A stretch of 64,000 nucleotides of DNA from SAR324 cluster bacterium SAR324-CTD7B (GTDB lineage: Bacteria; SAR324; NAC60-12). Below, piece by piece: positions 1 through 7,946 of the stretch. The position numbers and the translations under genes are program-made. Where the stretch lies: NCBI GenBank assembly GCA_002082305.1, contig LSNO01000003.1, forward strand, positions 147 to 64,146. The letters are read 5' to 3'. The notes beneath the pieces were generated by a model. The model searched no databases, was not told the origin of the DNA, and worked only from the letters and a program-made list of their open reading frames with translations. Within the stretch, counting starts at the first letter, position 1; each line of letters starts with the position of its first letter.

Positions 1-1
1 G

Positions 2-871
2 AAAGTAAGGATTAAATCAAAAAGTATAGAGCAACTTCCAGATTTGGAAGATGATGCAGTTGAAGAAAGGAAAAAAACTGAAGCAGTTGAAGAAAGGAAA
101 ATAGAAGTTGAACCTGAAACTGACAAGACAGAGAAATTGGCGGATTTGGGCGAAGATAAGACTGATATTGAAGATCAAAAAGAAACTGCTGTTACACAAG
201 CAGAACCGGATCAACCTGAGATTGTGGAGGAGGATGAAACCTTGGTTAAAGGAGAAGGTGATTCCAGGGAGGTTGCAACTATTTCAAAAGAGTTGTCAGA
301 GTTAAAAAAACTTTCCTTGGAAGAATTAAAGGCTTTAGAGAAAACAATTCCTGAATCTGCTAAAAATAAAACAATTTCACTTGGAAAGATATTAAAGGGA
401 TTTAAATTAGATACGAAAAATTTAAACCTCAAAAAATTACGAAAACAGGGTGAAATTTCTAAAACAGGCAAAGGGCAGGTAGCAGAAGTAATTACAAAAA
501 ACTCAGCCCTTTTTGCCAAGGGAAAATCAAAAATTGCGAGGAAGATTAAAAAATTAGGAGTTGTGCAGAGCAGTAATTACGGGCAGGTAGTTTACAGTTA
601 CATTGTAGAACAATGGACATTACCGGCTCAATTAAGTCCGCACCTGGAACTGAAGGTGAGGCTCATTATCGCGAAAGATGGTACATTGCTGCAATATTCA
701 TTTGTTAAAGTTTCAGGGAACAGGATTTTTGATCAGTCGCTGAAATCCGTGTTTGCTAAATTTAAGACTTTGCCACCTTTGCCTGACGATTTTGATGGCA
801 AACTGACTGAGATCGGGCTAAAATTTACGCCCAATATGGAAAATATTTCATATAAAATACTTGTTGAATAA
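2..871 (+). CDS. tolA: TolA-like protein, 5'-partial (frame stays open to the window edge)
   Basis: Frame of ORF 44..871 has no stop back to nt 2. E/K-rich helical region with a 19-nt direct repeat (57-75 and 84-102, AVEERKK/AVEERKI). C-terminal TolA/TonB_C-like domain (DGTLLQYSFVKVSGNRIFDQSLKSVFAKFKTLPPLP). Lies directly upstream of tolB. Confidence 0.7.
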   Translation, partial: KVRIKSKSIEQLPDLEDDAVEERKKTEAVEERKIEVEPETDKTEKLADLGEDKTDIEDQKETAVTQAEPDQPEIVEEDETLVKGEGDSREVATISKELSELKKLSLEELKALEKTIPESAKNKTISLGKILKGFKLDTKNLNLKKLRKQGEISKTGKGQVAEVITKNSALFAKGKSKIARKIKKLGVVQSSNYGQVVYSYIVEQWTLPAQLSPHLELKVRLIIAKDGTLLQYSFVKVSGNRIFDQSLKSVFAKFKTLPPLPDDFDGKLTEIGLKFTPNMENISYKILVE

Positions 872-928
872 CAAGGAATACACTTTATTTTGTGTATTAA
901 CTTTTAAACCAGAAACACAGGAGACTGT

Positions 929-2206
929 ATGAAAATTTTATTTAAGCTAATCCTAATTGTTGGAGTTTCGCTCTATCTAGTTTTGCCAGCTTTGGCTATT
1001 GAATTTTTTGATATTAACAAACCTGGTATAGAAAAACTCAACCTTTCCATTAATAAATCCGGTGATTCTGACTTAGTTGATCTGCTTGTTGAGCAGTTAC
1101 GGAGTCAAATGGGGAAAACTTTGCTGTTTAATATAGTAGAAGATTCAGCAGAGCCCGCTTTTAATCTTAAAATAAGTCCAACTAATGATCAAAAAATAGT
1201 TTCAGTAACATTGTCTGGTGCTCAAGGTCAGGGTTTTGAGCCAATTACAACAGGAATGAAATTCCGTAATCAGGATAAGGAATATGTTAATTTAAAATCA
1301 TCTCAGTTGGGTAATTTTCTAATAAAGAATTTAATGGGCATCCAAGGCTCTTTGGGTGGCATTATTGTATGGTCAGAAACAAAAAAAGGGGAAAATAAAA
1401 ACTCTCTCGTAATGAAACGTTTTGGCTCAGAAATTCAAAAACAAATTACATATAATTTATTTAATAATACTGGTGTAAGCTGGAGTCCAAAAGGGGACGC
1501 CATTATCTATTCTGCTCAAACGGGTCGTGGATCAGAAGTTATTTGGCAAGGTTTCATTCCGTTAAGATTAAAGAGCAAGAGTCTATATTTTACTGAAGGC
1601 AGCAGCAGCAGTGCAACATGGGGAAATAACGGAAATATTTATCTTGCAAAATATGTTGGTGAAAGAAATACAGATCTTTTCGAATACACGCTTGTTTCTG
1701 GAGGAACTGGACCTTCATTGGAAATGTTACACAAGTTAACTAAACATATGGCCATTGAAACTGAACCAGCTCTTTCTCCAGATGGAGAAAAGCTTGCGTA
1801 CATATCTGACCGAACAGGAACTCCTCAGATTTATTTATTGAATTTGAGTACAAAAAAAACAACGCGGCTCACAAATAAAGGCAATTATAATTCGTCTCCT
1901 TCCTGGTCACCAGATGGTACTATGATTGCGTATAACGGTGTACGCAATAGTAAATCAGTTATCTTTCGTGTTTTAGCGGATGATCCATTAGGTTTTGAAA
2001 CCCAAGTTTCACCAAAAGGTATGCAGGCTGAGAGTCCTGTATGGTCTTCAGATGGTTCTATAGTAGCGTATCAGGCTAAAATAACAGGTCAACAGAACTG
2101 GAAAATCTATTATTCTCTTTCTTCAGGAAGCTCTGCTCAAAGACTTACCAAATCTGTTCGTGGAGTTGATGAAACATCACCCTCCTGGAATTCTGGATTA
2201 CGCTAA
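929..2206 (+). CDS. tolB: TolB, periplasmic beta-propeller protein of the Tol-Pal system
   Basis: Signal peptide (MKILFKLILIVGVSLYLVLPALA), TolB N-terminal-like region, then repeated propeller motifs (SWSPKGDAIIY, LSPDGEKLAY, SWSPDGTMIAY, VWSSDGSIVAY). Tol-Pal gene context. Confidence 0.9.
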   Translation: MKILFKLILIVGVSLYLVLPALAIEFFDINKPGIEKLNLSINKSGDSDLVDLLVEQLRSQMGKTLLFNIVEDSAEPAFNLKISPTNDQKIVSVTLSGAQGQGFEPITTGMKFRNQDKEYVNLKSSQLGNFLIKNLMGIQGSLGGIIVWSETKKGENKNSLVMKRFGSEIQKQITYNLFNNTGVSWSPKGDAIIYSAQTGRGSEVIWQGFIPLRLKSKSLYFTEGSSSSATWGNNGNIYLAKYVGERNTDLFEYTLVSGGTGPSLEMLHKLTKHMAIETEPALSPDGEKLAYISDRTGTPQIYLLNLSTKKTTRLTNKGNYNSSPSWSPDGTMIAYNGVRNSKSVIFRVLADDPLGFETQVSPKGMQAESPVWSSDGSIVAYQAKITGQQNWKIYYSLSSGSSAQRLTKSVRGVDETSPSWNSGLR

Positions 2207-2210
2207 ATTT

Positions 2211-3116
2211 ATGAGTATTTTTTTTCCTATTATTTTGAGACGGCTTTCCCTCAAAGCTATTCTGTGCGTTGTATTTTTGTCATTATCTTCATCAGTTGCT
2301 GTTGGAGCTGATGACGTTAAAAAGGTTAAGCGGATAGTAGCGCGTTTACATCTCGAAATGATGCAGCTTAAAGAAAATTCCTCAAAGCTGGCTGGCGAAC
2401 AGTTGGCTCTTTTGGAGCCGCAAAACGCAAAAATAGAGACTCTGACTAGAAGCAATCTTAAATTATCTGAAACAATTAGTTCACTGAAATTTAAAATCTC
2501 TATACTTGAAGAAAAGCTGGAGGAATATCAAAGAAAAAGCAGCAGTTCTCAGCTTTCAGAATTGAATCAATTTGCTACAATATTGGCTCTGGCCTCTGTG
2601 GGTGAAACCAGCACACTTGAGGCTCTAGTTTTAGAATTGATAAACAAAGGGAACAACTTGCAAAAAGATTTATTAATTTTGTTGTTGGCAGAGACTCAAA
2701 AGAATAAGGGTTTAATGGAACTAAGTCTCGGCTACTACGGTGCATTGATTTCTGACTACCCAAATAGTCCATATAGAAGTCGGTCAATATTCGAAGCAAG
2801 CGAATTACTGGGTAAAATGGGGAAAGACGAAGAACAAAAGTCATTGCTACTAGCCCTGAAGAAAAGTGACGACCCTTACGGTGAAATGGCTCGGGAAAAA
2901 ATATGTCATCAGTTATACATAGAAGACCCGGTTTGTGGCGGGGTTCTGTTTGGCGAGTTGGTGGGTGATGAATGGGTCTGGTTCAATAATGGGGATGAGA
3001 AAATAAATAGTAAATATGAGGGCGAAATCAAAAATGGTGTTCCAAATGGAAAGGGGATACTTTTTTTCCCCGATGGGGAAAAGCTAGAAGTGGAATTTAA
3101 GGACGGATATTTTTGA
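2211..3116 (+). CDS. CpoB/YbgF-like periplasmic coiled-coil/TPR protein with a C-terminal MORN-like repeat
   Basis: The ATG at 2211 gives a signal peptide (MSIFFPIILRRLSLKAILCVVFLSLSSSVAVGA). Followed by a coiled-coil segment, a YbgF-type TPR-like stretch (YYGALISDYPNSPYRSRSIFEASELLGKMG) and a MORN-like tail (YEGEIKNGVPNGKGILFFPDGEKLEVEFKDG). Located between tolB and pal. Confidence 0.6.
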   Translation: MSIFFPIILRRLSLKAILCVVFLSLSSSVAVGADDVKKVKRIVARLHLEMMQLKENSSKLAGEQLALLEPQNAKIETLTRSNLKLSETISSLKFKISILEEKLEEYQRKSSSSQLSELNQFATILALASVGETSTLEALVLELINKGNNLQKDLLILLLAETQKNKGLMELSLGYYGALISDYPNSPYRSRSIFEASELLGKMGKDEEQKSLLLALKKSDDPYGEMAREKICHQLYIEDPVCGGVLFGELVGDEWVWFNNGDEKINSKYEGEIKNGVPNGKGILFFPDGEKLEVEFKDGYF

Positions 3117-3518
3117 CAAATATGGAATAATTAGCGGAATATAGACAATATTATGAAGTATATAGTTCCTCAGGCAAAGAAATAAAATCAGTTTTAGTTG
3201 ATTTTCACTGCTTGTAATAATCTTGCAATAATTGGCCGGGAAAGGTTACGAGTTAGTTTTTGTGCATTTGGTAACTCATCAATTTTTTGCCAGGATGCTT
3301 AATTAGGCATCCCACTTGCACCTTATGGGTTAAAGCTGGATGGATTTACTGTTTCGAATGTTTAGGACAGAAGCTTTCTTGTACCAAATTTTTTCAACAA
3401 ATAAGAGGTATGTAATGAAAAACTTAAATTTAATGATTTTTTTGGTCATTATGGCGTTTGTTTTGGCAGGGTGCCCAAAAGACCCAGTACCTGACCCTCC
3501 CCCTCAACCACCGCCGAA

Positions 3519-3698
3519 GGACCAGATCCAGCACCGCCGAGTGAACCAGATCCAGCACCGCCGAAGGAGCCAGATCCACCGCCGCCGCCGCCGAAGGAAG
3601 ATCCACCGCCGCCGCCGAAGGAAGATCCACCGCCGCCGCCGCCGAAGGAAGATCCACCGCCGCCGCCGAAGGAAGATCCACCGCCGCCGCCGAAGGAG
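3519..3698 (+). repeat. In-frame tandem repeat encoding a Pro-rich linker. Five near-identical 27/24-nt units (3573-3698, gat cca (ccg)4-5 aag gaa = DPPPPP(P)KE), preceded by diverged units.
   Basis: Counted directly: units at 3573-3599 (27 nt), 3600-3623 (24), 3624-3650 (27), 3651-3674 (24), 3675-3698 (24). Five of six reading frames are open across it, which is a low-complexity artefact. Confidence 0.9.
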
Positions 3699-3719
3699 CC
3701 AGAACCCAAACCAGTAGAA

Positions 3720-4277
3720 GTGCCCAAAGCTGTAGAAGTGGAAGAAACTGTAGAAGTGCAAAAACCTGCAGAAGTGCAAAAAGCTGTTGAAGAAAAGGAA
3801 GCTGCAGTAGTAATTGCTCAACAACAGGAAGAGGTGGCAAAAGAAGAGGCTCAAATTGCGGTAGAACAAGATGCCGAAAAAAGTGTTGAAGCTCCGAAAG
3901 CTGTCACTATCATCTCAGCTCCTCCAGAGGAATCAGATGCGGCAATTTATGATTTGGAAATGGTCTACTTTGCCTACGACAAGAGTATTATCACTACTGC
4001 CTTCGGAGAAGTTATCCAGAAAAACTATGAATGGATTACTGAAAATCCGGACGTCCAGATTCAATTGGAAGGTCACTGTGATGAGCGAGGTACCAATGAA
4101 TACAATCTGGCATTGGGGGAACGGCGTGCAAAAGCTGTCTTTGACTACCTGATCAGCCTGGGAGCCAGTCCATCACAATTTTCATTGGTCAGTTTCGGCG
4201 AGGAACGTCCTGCAGATCAAGGAAGTAATGAAGTTGCCTGGAGAAAAAATCGGCGAGTAGAGTTCACCCGTCTGTAA
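3720..4277 (+). CDS. pal: OmpA-like peptidoglycan-binding domain ORF (C-terminal part of Pal as an uninterrupted ORF)
   Basis: OmpA_C motifs: VYFAYDKSIIT..., LEGHCDERGTNEYNLALGERRAKAV, NRRVEF. No signal peptide of its own in this frame. Confidence 0.85.
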   Translation: MPKAVEVEETVEVQKPAEVQKAVEEKEAAVVIAQQQEEVAKEEAQIAVEQDAEKSVEAPKAVTIISAPPEESDAAIYDLEMVYFAYDKSIITTAFGEVIQKNYEWITENPDVQIQLEGHCDERGTNEYNLALGERRAKAVFDYLISLGASPSQFSLVSFGEERPADQGSNEVAWRKNRRVEFTRL

Positions 4278-4320
4278 ACACTTTGTAACTCTGTCACGAA
4301 TTTCGACTACTCTTTGAATT

Positions 4321-5049
4321 ATGCTCACCGAATGGTTAGGAGAAACGAGCATAGTCGGGATGGTACTGAGTGGCAGTTTAATTGCAAAGCTGGTGTTGCT
4401 CATTTTGGCTTTGATGTCGGCCCTTTCCTGGGCCATCATCATAATTAAGGCGCTTCAGTACCACAACATCCGCAAAGAAGACCAAAAGTTCTATCAAATC
4501 TACCTGAACGAGTCCAGCCTGAATCAAATCAAAAAAGTTTCTTCAGAGTATCTTTTTTCTGCTTTTTCATTCATTTTTTCTGCCACCTATCAGGAGGCAG
4601 CGCGAATGAGTCAACGCATTCAGCGTTCTTCTCCGGACATATCAGAAAGCAATTCGATGCTCCCTTATCTCAGTCAACAGTTGCAACGAGTGATTGAAAA
4701 GACAATCAATGAACGGTACTCTTTCATTGAAAACCGTTTAAATTTTCTTGCAACCATTTCTAGTGCAGCACCCTTCATTGGATTATTTGGAACTGTCTTA
4801 GGAATTATCAACTCTTTTCAGAGCATTGGAACAACGGGAGTAACAAGTCTTGCTTCAGTTGCACCAGGTATTTCTGAGGCTCTGGTTGCAACTGCTGCAG
4901 GATTGCTTGCCGCAATTCCTGCATTGATGGCTTACAATTATTTTCGCAATCAGGCTCGTCTATTAACTAATACCATGCGAAATTTTGGCATGGAACTTAC
5001 TAATCGTTTTGAATGGATAGTGAATGGGAGGCTTCTGGGAAGAGAATGA
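4321..5049 (+). CDS. tolQ: TolQ (MotA/TolQ/ExbB proton-channel family)
   Basis: Three TM segments and a conserved C-terminal channel region (AAPFIGLFGTVLGIINSF...VAPGISEALVATAAGLLAAIPALMAYNYF). Followed by an overlapping ExbD/TolR gene. Confidence 0.85.
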   Translation: MLTEWLGETSIVGMVLSGSLIAKLVLLILALMSALSWAIIIIKALQYHNIRKEDQKFYQIYLNESSLNQIKKVSSEYLFSAFSFIFSATYQEAARMSQRIQRSSPDISESNSMLPYLSQQLQRVIEKTINERYSFIENRLNFLATISSAAPFIGLFGTVLGIINSFQSIGTTGVTSLASVAPGISEALVATAAGLLAAIPALMAYNYFRNQARLLTNTMRNFGMELTNRFEWIVNGRLLGRE

Positions 5050-5464
5050 GCCACTGAGTGAGATCAACGTTACACCATTTGTTGACGTACTGCTGGTATT
5101 GTTGATCATCTTTATGATAACGGCTCCAATCGTAAATCATGTGATACAGGTGGATCTTCCGGAAGACAGCTACAACCAGGATGTAATGAAGCCTTTACAG
5201 GAACCGCTAAGAGTGGTGATTGATAAGGCAGGGGTACTGTATTTAGGAAATACGCGTATCGGCGGCAGTAAAGACGATGAAAGTCAGCGGATTCTCCAGG
5301 ATAAAATTCGACAATGGACTAAGAATCAGAAACAGCCGTGGATGGTTGATGTAGAAGCTGATGAAAAAGTTGACTACGGTGCAATCGTTCCAGTCATTGC
5401 CCGACTCAAAGAGTTGCACGTCAGCATGAACCTGGTTATTCGTCCCAGACCAAAAAAAAGATAA
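5024..5464 (+). CDS. tolR: TolR (ExbD/TolR family)
   Basis: N-terminal motif and single TM (EINVTPFVDVLLVLLIIFMITAP) typical of ExbD/TolR. Overlaps the tolQ 3' end by 26 nt. Confidence 0.85.
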   Translation: MGGFWEENEPLSEINVTPFVDVLLVLLIIFMITAPIVNHVIQVDLPEDSYNQDVMKPLQEPLRVVIDKAGVLYLGNTRIGGSKDDESQRILQDKIRQWTKNQKQPWMVDVEADEKVDYGAIVPVIARLKELHVSMNLVIRPRPKKR

Positions 5465-5469
5465 TTCAT

Positions 5470-5709
5470 TCAGCTGTTACCTTCTTTGCTGACAATTACA
5501 TCTTCTTTGCTGACAGTAGAGTCCTCTTTAATTACAGTAGTATTTTCATCAATTTTTGACTGATCTTCTTTGTTTTTCTTTGTTGCACTTTTAAAATTGG
5601 TAATCATTCCGCCAAGTCCCTCACCAATCAGAGGTAAGCGTTTTGCTCCAAACAAAACTACGATAATAGCCAAAATAATCAAAAGTTCCCAAATACCTAA
5701 ACCAAACAT
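5470..5709 (-). CDS. tatA: TatA/TatE twin-arginine translocase subunit
   Basis: MFGLGIWELLIILAIIVVLFGAKRLP is the canonical TatA TM plus hinge, followed by a charged tail. SD-like aggagag lies 7 nt upstream. Confidence 0.9.
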   Translation of the reverse strand: MFGLGIWELLIILAIIVVLFGAKRLPLIGEGLGGMITNFKSATKKNKEDQSKIDENTTVIKEDSTVSKEDVIVSKEGNS

Positions 5710-5794
5710 AGTGCACTCTCCTAACTAATTGTGTCATTGGTCATAGACGACCCTATAATGTGAATTGTAACTAACAGTAGATCAAACTGGACTG

Positions 5795-5823
5795 ATAATC
5801 GCAAGTTTAATAAAACAAGTCAA
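5795..5823 (-). promoter_or_regulatory. Candidate sigma70-type promoter for tatA (TTGACT-17 nt-GATTAT on the minus strand)
   Basis: The reverse complement of 5818-5823 is TTGACT and of 5795-5800 is GATTAT, with a 17-nt spacer. About 85 nt upstream of the tatA start. Confidence 0.3.
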
Positions 5824-5919
5824 CTGTTAATAAATGTAGTTCATGAATAAAATTGAAAATTAGGTTATATTGTCATCTAGACCTGTTTAGATAGGGCTCA
5901 CTGAAAAAGTATTTCTTTT

Positions 5920-6023
5920 GTCATCCCGGATGATTCGGGATCCGGATCACCGATCAGCTTGAGTACAAGATTTGAAACATTTCCCTTGATTCCGGGTCTG
6001 CGCTTCGCTTTGCCCAGAATGGC
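5920..6023. repeat. Palindromic intergenic repeat, copy A (longest and most diverged). An outer structure spans 5894-6071.
   Basis: Left arm gtcatcccggatgattcgggatcc (5920-5943). The right-arm reverse complement is gccattctgggcaaagcgaagcgcagacccggaatc (5988-6023). Shares gtcatcccg / gcgaagcg / ggaatc blocks with copies B-D. Confidence 0.6.
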
Positions 6024-6179
6024 AAAGGAGAAGAATCGAAAGAAGTACGACTATTTTTCACGTGGGCTCACCTTGTTGGAAAAGGGCCTCAAACAACAGA
6101 AGTGAAAAGCTTTTAGTACTTTTTCATGAAAAACCTTGCGGTTGTCATCATAAATCTGATAATTACTTATTGATATTAT

Positions 6180-6198
6180 TGAATAATATTATTATTCA
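6180..6198. promoter_or_regulatory. Perfect 9-1-9 palindrome TGAATAATA-T-TATTATTCA in an AT-rich tract with TGATAAT-like hexamers; candidate operator (Fur-family-box-like)
   Basis: Palindrome checked base by base. TGATAAT at 6157-6163 and TGATATT at 6171-6177 lie nearby. 117 nt upstream of the FliN-like gene. Confidence 0.3.
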
Positions 6199-6314
6199 GC
6201 AAGTTATAGATATTTTTTTCTGTAATCAAATAAACTGTTTCTCACACTGCTGGGAAAAAATATTTCAATTTTTTGTCAGGCAATTAATATTTAGCAAACT
6301 GTACAAAACCGTCC

Positions 6315-6611
6315 ATGGACATTGAAACTCCAGAAAAGGGATCCACTCTTCATCAGTTAAAGTTTTTAGCAGATGCTTCGCATGTTTTGCAGGCTGAAAT
6401 TGCCAGGACAGATATATCCCTGCAAAAAGTTATGCAATGGGAACTAGGATCTGTAGTGATGTTTGAGAAAATAGTTGGATCACCGATTGATGTGTTAATT
6501 GGTGACCGTTTAATTGCCAGAGGTGAGGTAGTTGTGGTAAATGACCGTTACGGAGTGCGAATCAATGAGATTACTCATCCAGATGAAAAACCAGTTTCAA
6601 ACTGGAAATAA
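6315..6611 (+). CDS. fliN: FliN/SpoA-domain protein (flagellar motor switch / T3SS C-ring family), orphan in this window
   Basis: ELGSVVMFEKIVGSPIDVLIGDRLIARGEVVVVNDRYGVRINEI matches the SpoA (FliN C-terminal) signature (GEvVvvnd.fGvRI.ei). Confidence 0.7.
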   Translation: MDIETPEKGSTLHQLKFLADASHVLQAEIARTDISLQKVMQWELGSVVMFEKIVGSPIDVLIGDRLIARGEVVVVNDRYGVRINEITHPDEKPVSNWK

Positions 6612-6662
6612 TCACTGATTACAGGTGGACGTTACGGTAAGACTTTGCCAATATCAGTTAAA

Positions 6663-7946
6663 TCATTTTTCTTGCAGTGCCTTACGAAATGCCCTGGCTG
6701 TCCGTTCCAGATCCTTCTCTGAATGAGCGGTAGAAACAAAAAGCGATTCAAAAGCTGAGGGTGCCAGATAAATCCCCTGATTTAGCATACTGCGGAAAAA
6801 CCGGGTGAAGCGCTCCACATCAGAGTTGAGTGCGTCCTGGTAATTACGTACCGGAGTTTCAGAAAAGAAAAATCCGAACATACCACCCATGGCCTGCGTC
6901 TGCAGCGGGACTCCAGCTGATTCTGCTGCCGATTGAAACTCTCCTGAAAGCCATGATGTTTTTTGTCCAAGTTCAGGGTAAGGATTTTCCTTTCTTAAAA
7001 TCTCCAAAGTCGACAAACCTGCGGCTACTGCCAGAGGATTCCCAGACAGCGTACCAGCCTGATAAACGGGGCCGGCAGGTGCAACTTGAAGCATGATATC
7101 CTGACGTCCACCATATGCGCCAACGGGGAGTCCGCCTCCGATAATTTTTCCGAAAATACTCATGTCCGGAAGCACCCCAAACAGTGCCTGAGCACCTCCG
7201 TAATCAACCCGGAACCCACTCATCACTTCATCAAAAATAAGCAAAATACCCTCGCGGTCACACAAGTCACGCAAGCCCTGTAAAAATCCGTGTTCAGGAG
7301 GAATCATGCCCATATTACCTGCAACAGGTTCAATAATAACTGCAGCAATTTTACTGGAGTTTTCTTCAACCAGTTTGATGACAGAATCCAGATCATTGAA
7401 TTTCGCCTGCAGCGTATGTTCAACAAAAGATGCTGGAACTCCCGGAGAATCCGGAATTCCTAAAGTCATTGCTCCGGATCCGGCCTGTACGAGTAAGGGG
7501 TCCACGCTGCCGTGGTAGCAACCCTCAAATTTAATTATTTTATCTCGGCCTGTATATCCACGGGCAACCCTAAGAACTGCCATAGCGGCTTCAGAACCGG
7601 AATTAACCAAACGCAGCATTTCAACACTGGGCACCGCCTCGCAGACCATTTCGGCTAACAAAATTTCTCCCTCGGTGGGAGCACCAAAAGAAGTTCCTTT
7701 CAGTAGAGTTTCTTCAAGTTTTCTGATAACTTCTGTATGTGCGTGTCCTAAAATCATAGGTCCCCAGGAGCCGACAAAATCAATAAATTCATTACCATCC
7801 GCGTCATACAGTTTTGAACCCTGAGCACGGGTGATAAAAAGCGGTGTCATGTTTACTGATTTGAAAGCACGGACAGGACTGTTTACGCCTCCAGGTATTC
7901 TTTGCTGGGCGCGAGAAAACAATTGCTTAGACTGTGTGATCTGCAT
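6663..7946 (-). CDS. hemL: Glutamate-1-semialdehyde 2,1-aminomutase
   Basis: 427 aa class-III aminotransferase. N-terminus SKQLFSRAQQRIPGGVNSPVRAFKSV and FVGSWGPMILGHAH are typical HemL blocks. Confidence 0.9.
   Translation of the reverse strand: MQITQSKQLFSRAQQRIPGGVNSPVRAFKSVNMTPLFITRAQGSKLYDADGNEFIDFVGSWGPMILGHAHTEVIRKLEETLLKGTSFGAPTEGEILLAEMVCEAVPSVEMLRLVNSGSEAAMAVLRVARGYTGRDKIIKFEGCYHGSVDPLLVQAGSGAMTLGIPDSPGVPASFVEHTLQAKFNDLDSVIKLVEENSSKIAAVIIEPVAGNMGMIPPEHGFLQGLRDLCDREGILLIFDEVMSGFRVDYGGAQALFGVLPDMSIFGKIIGGGLPVGAYGGRQDIMLQVAPAGPVYQAGTLSGNPLAVAAGLSTLEILRKENPYPELGQKTSWLSGEFQSAAESAGVPLQTQAMGGMFGFFFSETPVRNYQDALNSDVERFTRFFRSMLNQGIYLAPSAFESLFVSTAHSEKDLERTARAFRKALQEK

Larger units (their letters stand above)
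3415..4277 (+). pseudogene. pal: pal (peptidoglycan-associated lipoprotein) read as one gene; interrupted by an apparent 1-nt deletion near 3521
   Basis: Signal peptide with lipobox (MKNLNLMIFLVIMAFVLAGC) is in frame 1. The Pro-rich linker and OmpA-like domain are in frame 3, which is open from 3495. caccgccgaagga-ccagatcc (3508-3528) versus caccgccgaaggagccagatcc (3556-3577) points to one missing base. Confidence 0.6.

Noticed and set aside
3505-3530. Programmed -1 ribosomal frameshifting as the explanation for the split pal gene.
   Set aside because: There is no X XXY YYZ slippery heptamer at the junction (ccg ccg aag gac cag) and no obvious downstream stimulatory structure. A 1-nt deletion relative to the neighbouring repeat unit is the simpler explanation.
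3430-3869. Three minus-strand ORFs (3430..3840, 3449..3727, 3504..3869), including a striking Gly-rich 'GGGGGSSFGGGGG' protein, plus the plus-strand 'RRRRRKIH' reading.
   Set aside because: They are frame shadows of the (CCG)n/Pro-rich tandem repeat in pal. Low-complexity sequence keeps five of six frames open, and only the Pro-rich frame continues into a recognisable domain (OmpA_C).
6062-6325. 87-aa ORF in the tatA/fliN-like gap.
   Set aside because: Its composition is AT-rich and non-protein-like (Cys/His/Ile/Phe-rich). It starts inside the repeat's outer arm and overlaps the FliN-like start. I treated the region as non-coding.
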